Shown: piece by piece, positions 12,030 to 21,278 of the stretch
How positions within the stretch are numbered: the first letter of the stretch is position 1
Layout: every line of letters begins with the position of its first letter
NCBI GenBank assembly: GCA_963771175.1
Contig: CAVYSY010000009.1
Span: 1 to 61,641 of the forward strand
Origin: an uncultured delta proteobacterium
GTDB lineage: Bacteria > Myxococcota > Myxococcia > Myxococcales > Myxococcaceae
Direction of reading: 5' to 3'
Length of the DNA: 61,641 bases
The notes under the pieces: model-generated
Database searches by the model: none
Seen by the model: only the letters and a program-made list of their open reading frames with translations
What the model was told of the DNA's origin: nothing
Position numbers and translations under genes: made by a program

Positions 12030-14308
12030 ATGGCTGTGTATGGGCGAGGGGTGGGGAGCCCGTGGCGGCGCGATGGGATGCGGGCGTGTGTGCTCGCGCT
12101 TGCGTGCGTGCTCGCACTGGCGTGTGGATCCGATGGGGGGAGCGAGTCGGGAGTGGCCGGACGCCCCGGGTCGAATCCGGGCGGCTCGCCGGGTGGGTCC
12201 GGGAGAGGACTCGAGCCGCCACGCGGCTTCGCGCTCGAGTTCGGCCGGGGGAAGGTGCCCACCTTCGTGGATATCGAGTCCGCCGAGGAGCTGGCACTCG
12301 GAGGAGGGTTCACCATCGAGTTCTGGCTCCAGACGACGTCCTCCGAGGAGGGAGAGTCTCGGACTGGCGTTGAATGGCTGCTCGACCAGGGGTCCGACGA
12401 GGAGGAGCGCTCCGCGTGGGCCGTGACGCTGGATGAGGGGAAGATCGTCTTCCGCGTGGGCCTGGAGGGGTGTGACACCTGCTCCATATCCAGCAGCCGG
12501 TCCGTCGATGATGGCCGCTGGCATCATGTCGCCATCACGCGGGACGGTGATTCCGGGCGGACGATCCTCTACATCGACGGGGCGGACAGCGCGGAGGAGC
12601 GCTTCTCTAAAGACGACCTCGGTGGTGAGGGAAGCCTGCGGCTCGGCTCCAGGCTCGGGAAGAGCTCCTCTTCCAGCGGCGCCTTCCAGGGCCGGCTCGA
12701 TGAGCTTCGACTCTGGTCCCGGGTGCGGAGCCAGTCCGACATCCAGGAGGATCTGCGCGAGCGCACTCCCTCGAGCAAGAAGAACCTGGTCGGGTTGTGG
12801 CATTTCGATGATTGCCAGGGCCAGGTCGCGACCGATTCCGGCCCGTCTGGTGCGGATGGTCACCTGGGGCCGGATCCTTCACGCGAGAAGGCTCCTCAAT
12901 GGGTGAGGGTGGCGGGAGAGGAGGAGGCGGAGGACGGGGATGAGGACGAGGACGGGGATGAGGACGAGGAGGATGATGAGGAGGAGGGCACCGGGGAGGA
13001 GCGGTGTGAGGGGGACTGACGAGGAGGACGATGAAGGGGAGGAGAAAGGCGCGCTGCGGTACGTGAGCGTGGCGGGCCGCTCCGACAAGCAGCGGAAGAA
13101 GGGCTCGCGCGAGAACCCGTTCCGCACCATTCAGGAGGCACTGAAGGGCGTGAAGTCGGGCACCACCATCGTGGTGCTGCCGGGCGAGTACAAGGAACTC
13201 CTCCGGCTCGATGCCAGGAGCGCGCGCGACCGTATCACCCTGCGCGGCGAGGGCTCTCAGCGGCCGACGATCCTCGCTCCCAGCGGAGGCGAGGGGACCG
13301 CCGTGGTGCAGGTGCTGAAGGGGCGCTGGGTGCTGGACAACCTCGAGATCGACGTGGATCACAAGAAGATGGTTGGCGTCCACTTCGAGGCCAACACGGG
13401 GTCCACCCTGTCGGATTGCGAGGTGCACGGCGGGCGTGCCGGAGCTGGGATCCTCTTGAATGGCTCGGAGGACGTCACCCTCGAGCGCAACAAGATCCAT
13501 GACTTCGAGAAGCGAGACGAGAATGTACTGGAGGACGCCCACGGGGTGCTGGTGCTGGGCGGTTCGCGAGGCATCCGCATCTCCGCCAACGACATCTCCC
13601 CGCAACTCGGGCGACGCGGTGCAGTGCCACGATGAGGAGGATGCGCCCCAGGACATCGACATCGGCGACAACAAGATGCACGACACCGGCGAGAATGGCG
13701 TGGACATAAAGAACTGCGTCGACGTCCGCGTACACGACAACCGCCTGTTCCGGATCGCCTACCCCAATACGACCTACTTCCGCGAGAGGTTGAATGACTC
13801 GGCGGGGGAGGCGGTGGTCATCCACAAAGGCGCCAGCGGCGTCCTCATCGAGAAGAACGACATCTCCCAGGCGAGCAGGGGCATCTCCCTGGGGAGCGAC
13901 ACCTCCTCCGTGAGCGAGGTGGTGGCGCAGCGGAACCACATCCGTGAGATTCGCGACTTCCCTGGGAGGAAGCAGCGAGGCGGCCAGGGCATCCGCGTCT
14001 TGCAGGCCAGCGAGGTGCTGTTGCTGAACAACACCCTCGAGGACACGGACGGCTACGCGATGATGCTGGGCGCGGAGGGGAAGGGGGTCTCCCACCTCAC
14101 GGTGAAGGGCAACACCGTCCGCACGGAGCTGCTCGTCCGCCTGGGGAAGCTGGGCGACCTTCCGCGGCTCAGCATGGACCAGAACCGCTACGCTCGCCGG
14201 GGTCGGTTCACGCTCGCCGGGATACTCAGCGGCTCGTCCAGCTTCAGCAGGTGGAAGAAGGCGTTGGCGCCCAACAAGGCGGAGCAGAAGTCCACCCTGC
14301 TGCCGTGA
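12030..14308 (+). CDS. Lipoprotein with LamG domain, acidic linker and right-handed parallel beta-helix; probably one gene split by frameshifts near 13010 and 13600
   Basis: Lipobox LALAC; FTIEFW, DGRWHHVAIT and FQGRLDELRLW (LamG); GSRENPFRTIQEAL/VLPGEY plus PbH repeats continuing across frames at G/C runs. Confidence 0.72.
12930..12965 (+). repeat. 18-bp tandem repeat x2 encoding EDGDED in the acidic linker
   Basis: gaggacggggatgaggac occurs twice, exactly. Confidence 0.8.
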
Positions 14309-14330
14309 GGCACCCGCCATCGGGGCGCCG

Positions 14331-14880
14331 TTACTTGTACGGCACCACCGTGCCGCCGCGGTGGGCGGAGTCGCGCAGCACCAGCTCGCCTTCCTTGTGC
14401 AGGCGCGCGGCCTTGGGGCCGACGAAGAAGGCCTTGGGGTCACCCTTGCGGAACGTCTTCTTGATGCCACTCCTCGACCTCGCGGAACAGTCGCAGGAAG
14501 CGGTCCGAGGCGGCGTCCTTGCGTCCCGGTCTGGGGGGTGACGTCCAGCTCGGCCCACATCTGACCGCTGAGCAGCTCGCCCTCCTCGTTCAGCCGGCAG
14601 CGCTCGAAGAAGATGACCGGCGAGCGCACCTCGTCGATGCGCCAGAAGCCCTTGTCCGGGCCCCGCTTCACCTTGTCGACGATCGCCGGCCCGATGCCGC
14701 TGGCCACCAGGTAGATGTCCTCCTCGGGGAGCTGGGGGACGTTCTCCGTCGCGGGCCCGGAAGGGCTTCCAGTCCGGGGGCACTCGGCGCGGGGTACACC
14801 TCGAGCTCGAAGCGCTCGAGATAGCGGAAGAAGGCCACCTCGTCGTCGGGGGACATGAAGAACTGAACCTGCGTGGCCAT
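14331..14880 (-). CDS. Hypothetical protein (frameshifted)
   Basis: MATQVQFFMSPDDEVAFFRYLERFELEVYP...EEDIYLVAS..SPVIFFERCRLNEEGELLSGQMWAELD..KKTFRKGDPKAFFVGP is coherent across frames. Confidence 0.65.
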
Positions 14881-14947
14881 GGGGAAGCAATTAGCCGAAC
14901 GCCGGGGCTTGCGGAAGTCCGAGCCGAATCGGACTAAAGAATCCGCC

Positions 14948-16470
14948 ATGGAAAAGACCTTCGACGCACTGCTCACCCGGATGCAGGAGCTCAAGGACCT
15001 CGGCGGACTCATCGGGCTGGCCACGTGGGACCAGGAGACGTACCTGCCTCCCAAGGCCGAGCCGGTCCCGGGCCGCGCAGCTCTCCACCGCTGCAGGGCC
15101 TCTACCACGAGCGCCTGGTCGACCCCGCGGCTGGGCGAGCTGCTCGCCTGAGGCCGCCGACCGCGAGGCGCTGTCGGACGACCAGCGGGCGATGGCGCGG
15201 GTGCTGACCCACGAGCGCGACCGCGCGGTGAAGGTGCCCACGGCGCTGGTGCAGGCGCTCGCCGAGGCCCAGAGCCGGGGCCTGACGGCCTGGCGCGAGG
15301 CGCGCAAGCAGAACGAGCTTCGCCCTCTTCAAGCCCGCGCTGCGAGCGGCTGCTGTCCCTGCGCCGCGAGCAGGCGGACGCCTGCGGCCACGGCGGCGAG
15401 CGCTACGACGCGCTGCTCGAGGGCTACGAGCCGGGGATGCGCGTGGCGCGCCTGACCCCGGTGCTCACCGCGCTGCGCGACAAGCTCGTGCCGCTGGTGG
15501 GCGCCATCCGAGGCGGCGCCGCGACAGGTGCGCGGACTTCTTCCAGGGCCGGCGCTTCGACGTGGAGGCGCAGTGGCGCTTCACCCTGCGACTGCTGCGC
15601 GGACATGGGCTTCGACCTCGAGGCGGGCCGGCAGGACAAGAGCATCCACCCCTTCACCGGCGGGCACGCACCCGAACGACGTGCGCCTCACCACGCGCCT
15701 GCGAGGAGGGCCCGCTGCCGCGCCTCTTCGGCACGCTCCACGAGGGCGGCCACGGGCTGTACGAGCAGGGCTTCTCCGAGGCCGCACTACCGCACGCCGC
15801 TGGCGACCGCGCCCTCGATGGGCCTGCACGAGTCGCAGTCGCGCCTGTGGGAGAACCTGGTCGGGCCGCAGCCGCGCCTTCTGGACGCACTACTTCCCGC
15901 TGCTGCGCGCAGGCCTTCCCCGAGCCGCTCGCGGGCGTCGACGCTGGACGACTTCCACGCGCGCGGTCAACCGCGTCGACGCGCTCGCTCATCCGCGTGG
16001 AGGCCGACGAGGTGACCTACAACCTGCACATCGTGCTGCGCTACGAGCTCGAGCTGGCGCTGATCCGCGGCGAGCTGCCGCTCGAGCGAGCTGCCCGCCG
16101 CGTGGAACGAGCGCATGCGGCGCTACTCGGCATCACGCCCGCCGGACGACACGCAGGGCGTGCTGCAGGACATCCACTGGGCCTGGGGCGAGTTCGGCTA
16201 CTTCCCCACCTACGCGCTGGGCAACCTCTACGCGGCGTCGATCTACGACGCCGCCGCAGCGCGAGCTGCCCGACGCTGGAGGCGGGGATCGCGCGCGGCG
16301 AGCTGCTGCCCCTGCGCGACTGGCTGCGCACGCACGTCCACCGCGAGGGCTACCGCCAGCCCGCCGAGGACCGGGTGACGCAAGGTCACCGGCCAGGGCC
16401 TCACCGACGAGGACTTCCTCGCCTACCTCGAAGGAAGTACGGCGCGCTCTACGGCGTGAGCCTCGAACAC
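14948..16470 (+). CDS. Carboxypeptidase M32 (Taq family), heavily frameshifted; end approximate
   Basis: [60 protein letters not shown] and GVLQDIHW...[10 protein letters not shown] across frames. Confidence 0.88.
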
Positions 16471-16499
16471 CGCCCCAGGACCCGGCCTCGCCCTCGTCT

Positions 16500-16545
16500 G
16501 ACAACTGACCCTGGGTCGCTAATTATGTGACCCAGGGTCATTGTC
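16500..16545. promoter_or_regulatory. Double palindromic operator (TGACCC-N-GGGTC) upstream of the epimerase gene
   Basis: TGACCCTGGGTC (16506-16517) and GACCCAGGGTCA (16529-16540) are exact reverse complements, and each is internally palindromic. The spacer is AT-rich. Confidence 0.6.
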
Positions 16546-16557
16546 TGGGGGTTGTCG

Positions 16558-17526
16558 ATGCGCGTGTTCGTCACGGGCGGTTCCGGTTTCGTGGGCAAGC
16601 GGCTCATCGCGGCATTGAAGGCGCGAGGCGACGAGGTGCGTGCCCTGGTGCGCTCGGACAAGGCCGCCGAGACGGTGCGGGCCGCGGGCGCGGAGCCGGT
16701 GAGCGGGGACCTGGACGACGCCGAGGCGCTCCGCCGGGGAATGGAGGGCTGCGACGCCGTCGTCCACTCCGCCGCGCACGTGAAGACCTGGGGCGCCCCG
16801 GAGGAGTTCTTCCGGGTGAACGTGGAGGGCACCCAGCGCGTTGTCGACGCCGCGCGCGCCGCGAAGGTGAAGGTGCTCGTCCACGTGGGCACCGAGGCCA
16901 TGTTCGTGGGCGGCAGGCCCATCGTCCAGGCGGACGAGACGTGGTCGCGCCCCGAGAAGCCGCTGGGCCTCTACCCGCTGACGAAGGGGCTCGCCGAGGA
17001 GCGCGTGCTCGCCGCCAACGGACAGGACGGGCTGCGCACCGTGGTGGTCCGCCCGCGCTTCATCTGGGGCAAGGGGGACCTCTCCGTGCTGCCGCAGATC
17101 CTCGAGTCCGTGCGCAAGGGCCAGTTCCGCTGGATTGGTGGCGGGCACTACCTGACGTCCACCTGCCATGTGGCCAACGTGGTGGAGGGCATCCTGCTCG
17201 CCATCGACAAGGGCCGTGGCGGTCAGGCGTACTTCCTCTCCGATGGTCCTCCGGTGGAGTTCCGCGCCTTCGTCACGAGTATGCTGGATGCCGTCGGCGT
17301 GAAGGCCCCGGACGGGGAGTTGCCGCATGGAGTGGCCAAGGTCCTCGCCGTGGTGGCCGAGACCGCCTGGCGCGTGCTGCCCCTCGGAGGCGAGCCGCCC
17401 CTTCACCGCTCCGTGCTGCGGCTCATGGGCGAGGAGGTCACCGTCAATGATGCCAAGGCCCGCGCGGAGCTGGGCTACGTGGGGCACATGACGCGCGAGG
17501 CCGGGCTCGCCGAGATGCGGAGCTGA
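16558..17526 (+). CDS. NAD-dependent epimerase/dehydratase (3-beta-HSD-like extended SDR)
   Basis: VTGGSGFVG, VHSAA, YPLTK (YxxxK), RPRFIWG. Confidence 0.9.
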   Translation: MRVFVTGGSGFVGKRLIAALKARGDEVRALVRSDKAAETVRAAGAEPVSGDLDDAEALRRGMEGCDAVVHSAAHVKTWGAPEEFFRVNVEGTQRVVDAARAAKVKVLVHVGTEAMFVGGRPIVQADETWSRPEKPLGLYPLTKGLAEERVLAANGQDGLRTVVVRPRFIWGKGDLSVLPQILESVRKGQFRWIGGGHYLTSTCHVANVVEGILLAIDKGRGGQAYFLSDGPPVEFRAFVTSMLDAVGVKAPDGELPHGVAKVLAVVAETAWRVLPLGGEPPLHRSVLRLMGEEVTVNDAKARAELGYVGHMTREAGLAEMRS

Positions 17527-17610
17527 GCGGGAGAGGGGTTGTCGGTGCGCCTGGCTTCCTCTGGGACCAGGCTGTCTCCTTCGAGGGTAATCCCCTCCGT
17601 GGGGGCGGCC

Positions 17611-18400
17611 ATGTGGCGAGCCGGGATAGAATCGGTCCCCCTATGCGCCCTGGCCTTCCGACTTGCCGTGCTACCGCTCGCTGTCCTGGGGCTGACCGTG
17701 CTCCCCACCACGGCCCATGGCATGTGCGTGGGGTTCTCATCCGGCGACCTTTACGGCGCCGACGTGCTTCCCATGAGGGGACGCGTCTATCTCTTCGTTC
17801 GGAAGGGTCGTCCCCGCCCGGTCTATGAAGCGGAGGATGCACAGGGGCGTGCTCTCCCCATCACCTGGCGCGTTGTTTCCCAGGCGCTGGAGCACGACGT
17901 GTACCGCCTCGAATTCCGTCCACTTCTTCCGGGTCGGGTCCGTGTCTTCTCCCGCGAGTACGACGGAGCCAGGGTCGAGAGAGCGACCTACGCGGTGACG
18001 GAGAGGTGGACGTCCGAGGCCCCGGACGTCCCGGTACGCATCCTCGGTCAGGGTTCCGGCTTCAACGACATATGTCCCGTGACCCACACGAGGGATCTCG
18101 CGGTCTCCCTTCGCGCTCCGGCCTATCGAGTGACCTTCGCCTATACCTCGGAGGACTACGTCGCCGGCCGGACACGGAGCCTCGTCATTCCCGGCGAGAG
18201 CGAGGTTCGCTACGAGGAGAAGCAGTTGGTGGAGACTGGCCGGGGCATCGTGCGGCTCGGAGACATTTCCTGCTTCGGGATCCTTCTCATGGGCGAAAGG
18301 TCCGGTCTTCCTCGGCGTCACCGCGCTGTTGTCCGACGGCACCGAGACGCCCCTCCCCTCGCAACCGACGCGCGTCGAGCCGCCGCCCAATCGAGAGGAA
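17611..18400 (+). CDS. Hypothetical secreted protein; C-terminus probably frameshifted, coordinates approximate
   Basis: Signal-like LAVLPLAVLGLTVLPTTAHG followed by a globular-looking region. Confidence 0.45.
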
Positions 18401-18457
18401 GAGCTTCGTTGAGCTGCTCGAAAAACATCGAGCGGAAGCAGGGGCCTCGGGGCCCGC

Positions 18458-20104
18458 TCAGCTCCGGTGCGCGCGCAGCCGGGTGTAGATGTAGGAGACG
18501 GTCAGCAGCATCACCCCGAGCAGGATGAAGGTGAGGATGCGCTGGTTCGGAGGAAGCCCCGCCAGGTCGATGAAGACCAGGCGCACGAGGGTCATCGCCA
18601 GCACCGCGAGGCCGATGAGTCGGTACCAGCGCTCGTGCACGGCGAAGCCCAGGGCGAACAACCCGAAGGCCGCCACGCCCCAGCCCAGCGTGGTGAGGTC
18701 CTTGGGCATCAGCTCGCCCACGAGCCACAGCAGGGCCAGCCCCGCGCCGGCCGCGCAGAAGAACTGGAGCAGGGTGCGGCGGCTCCCCTCGGGGGGCGGA
18801 GGCAGTCGGTCCGTTCGCGCCACCGAGGTCCGCTCGACGAGCGCGAAGCTCACGACGAGGGCGGCGTCCAGGAGGGCGCGGCCCGAGGGCGGCAGCCAGG
18901 TGGCTCCGAGCGCCACGTAGAGGATGCCCACGCCCACCACCTGCAATGCGCCCGCGCCGAGGGCTCGCCCGGCGAGCCCCGCCACGAGCCCCACCACCGT
19001 CCAGGCCCGCACCAGCGCCGCGTTGTCCTCGTAGTGCTGGGGCATGCCCAGGGCGAGTGTGAGCACTCCCGTGGCGAGATAGGCCTGGAGCAGGGCGGAG
19101 GAGGCGCCCCGCAGGTGGGCCACTCCCGCGCCCACGCCCTGCGCCAGCGCGACGAGGACGAAGAAGGTGAAGAGGCGCGGCTCGTCCCAGCGAGCCACCT
19201 CCAACGCGCCAAGGCTGAGCAGTCCCACCCAGTTGAGCAGCGCGAAGGAGAGGCTCGCCGGCCGCGACAGCTCACGGGGGTGGAGGAGCAGCGCCGCCGA
19301 GAAGAGCAGGTAGTAGAGGCAGAGGAAGGAGAGGCTCAGCGCGAGCCGCTCGCTGTCGGGCTGCCCCGGGGCGATGGACTCCGTGCGCATCGCCCAGACG
19401 ACGTGCGTCGAGTAGACGGCCACCAGGCTCGACAGCGGCACGATGACCCAGCGGTTCTTCACCAGGAAGAAGAGCGCCCCGGCCGCCAGCAGCGAGGTGG
19501 ACAGCAGCGTGAAGGTGGTGATGTCGCTGACCATCCCCGTGTGCAGCCCGAGGAAGAGCGCGATGCCCGCCACCGTCTCCGACTGCATCCGCTGGGCAAT
19601 GGCCACGATGCCCACGACGTTCAGCGCCAGCAGCCCCAGCGCGAGTGTCTCGCTCTCGATGACGCGCACCGCTGGTACGAAGTGCAGCGCGTACGTGACG
19701 AAGTATGCGAGCGCGAGGCCACCGCCGAAGACGATGCGTCCGAAGAGCTCGTGCCGCTGCGACAGCCACAGGCCCAGCGCCGCGAGCCCCGCGCTCAGCA
19801 GGTAGCCCGCTCCCACCCGCACCAGCACGCCCAGCGCGCCGAAGTGGTAGATGATGAGGAAGGCGAAGCCGAGGATGAGCGCCACGATGCCCACCCGGCT
19901 CAGCCAGTACGTGCCGAGCTGTGTCTCGAGGTCCCTCTTCTCCGGCGCGGGCGCGGTGGGGGTCGGCGTGAGGGGCGCGGGTGGGGGCGCTGGCCGCGTC
20001 GTGGCCACCGCCTCCAGGCTCTCGATGCGCGCCTCCAGCCGGGAGACCGTCTCCTCCAGCCTTCGTATCTGCTCCCGCGGGTCCTGCGTGTTTCCCTCTG
20101 CCAT
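18458..20104 (-). CDS. DUF2339-like polytopic membrane protein
   Basis: N-terminal coiled coil, 'LETQLGTYWLSRVG', many TMs, C-terminal 'RILTFILLGVMLL'. Confidence 0.8.
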   Translation of the reverse strand: MAEGNTQDPREQIRRLEETVSRLEARIESLEAVATTRPAPPPAPLTPTPTAPAPEKRDLETQLGTYWLSRVGIVALILGFAFLIIYHFGALGVLVRVGAGYLLSAGLAALGLWLSQRHELFGRIVFGGGLALAYFVTYALHFVPAVRVIESETLALGLLALNVVGIVAIAQRMQSETVAGIALFLGLHTGMVSDITTFTLLSTSLLAAGALFFLVKNRWVIVPLSSLVAVYSTHVVWAMRTESIAPGQPDSERLALSLSFLCLYYLLFSAALLLHPRELSRPASLSFALLNWVGLLSLGALEVARWDEPRLFTFFVLVALAQGVGAGVAHLRGASSALLQAYLATGVLTLALGMPQHYEDNAALVRAWTVVGLVAGLAGRALGAGALQVVGVGILYVALGATWLPPSGRALLDAALVVSFALVERTSVARTDRLPPPPEGSRRTLLQFFCAAGAGLALLWLVGELMPKDLTTLGWGVAAFGLFALGFAVHERWYRLIGLAVLAMTLVRLVFIDLAGLPPNQRILTFILLGVMLLTVSYIYTRLRAHRS

Positions 20105-20176
20105 GTGCTCCGCACTCTCCCAGAGGGAGCGGGGGCATGCACTGGGATTCTCCCGCGAGAACGGGAGCTTGCCCTG

Positions 20177-20527
20177 TCAGGTGAAGAGCAGTGGCCGGCA
20201 GGCCCGGGCGAGCTGCAGCGCATCGCGGGCCAGCACGTTGGAGGCCTCGTTCCCGTCCAGCCACGCGGCGCGGGCCACCTGGTTGCTCAGCTCGAAGCAC
20301 AGCGTCGCCGTGCGCCGGGCCAGCCTGCTGTCCTTCTGCAGGGCCCGGGCGTTCAGCTCGCACAGCTCCGCGCACTGACGCAGCAGGCGCATTGGCTCGC
20401 TGTCGGCGCGCATCCCCTTGTTCGCCCATTGCTCCATCGCCGCCTCGCACGCGGCCTGACACTTCAGGCTCGCCGCGATGCAGTGATGGATGTCGGCTGT
20501 CGCGCCACCCAGTCGCACTCCAGACAT
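20177..20527 (-). CDS. Four-helix-bundle copper storage (Csp/DUF326)-like protein, Cys-poor
   Basis: CIAASLKCQAAC, RQCAELC and ARACR periodicity; only 7 Cys. Confidence 0.6.
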   Translation of the reverse strand: MSGVRLGGATADIHHCIAASLKCQAACEAAMEQWANKGMRADSEPMRLLRQCAELCELNARALQKDSRLARRTATLCFELSNQVARAAWLDGNEASNVLARDALQLARACRPLLFT

Positions 20528-20623
20528 GCCCACCACCTCCACACAGCGACTTCAAAACTACGCACGTTCCCACCAGCCGCAACCTGAACTGTGCCCACTG
20601 GAGGCTCGTGTTAAATCAACCCC

Positions 20624-21261
20624 ATGACGATCACGCTGGTTCCTTCTGACATCGAGAAGTATGCACAAGAGCACACCGAGGTTCCCGGCCCGCTCTTCGA
20701 GGAACTCCGGCAAACCACCTACGCCCAGATGTCCTCGGCCCAGATGCAAGTGGGGCGCCTGGAGGGGATGTTCCTCCAGATGCTGGTGCGGATGACCCAG
20801 GCCCGGCGGGTGCTGGAGCTCGGCACCTTCACCGGTTACTCGGCATTGATGATGGCCGAGGGCTTGCCTGACGACGGCGAGCTCATCACTTGTGATGTCG
20901 ACCCCATCGCCACGGAATGGCCCGCGACTTCTTCGCGCGCAGTCCGCACGGGCGGAAGATTTCGCTCCGAATGGGTCCGGCCTTGGAGACCTTGAAGGAG
21001 TTGCGGGGTCCGTTCGACCTGGTCTTCATCGACGCGGACAAGGAGAACTACAGCGCCTACTACGACGCCGTGCTCCCACTGTTGCGCACCGGCGGTCTGC
21101 TGGTGGCGGACAACACGCTGTGGAGCGGACGGGTGTTGGAGCCACGGGCTCCGAACGACCACGCCATCGTGGCCTTCAATGAAAAGGTCGCCGCGGACCC
21201 TCGGGTCCAGAAGGTCCTCCTGACGGTCCGCGACGGAATGACGCTGGCGCTCAAGCGCTGA
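20624..21261 (+). CDS. O-methyltransferase (caffeoyl-CoA/COMT type), frameshift near 20915
   Basis: VLELGTFTGYSAL, FDLVFIDADKENY, ADNTLWSG, VRDG. Confidence 0.9.
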
Positions 21262-21278
21262 ACACCGTGTCGGTCCCG

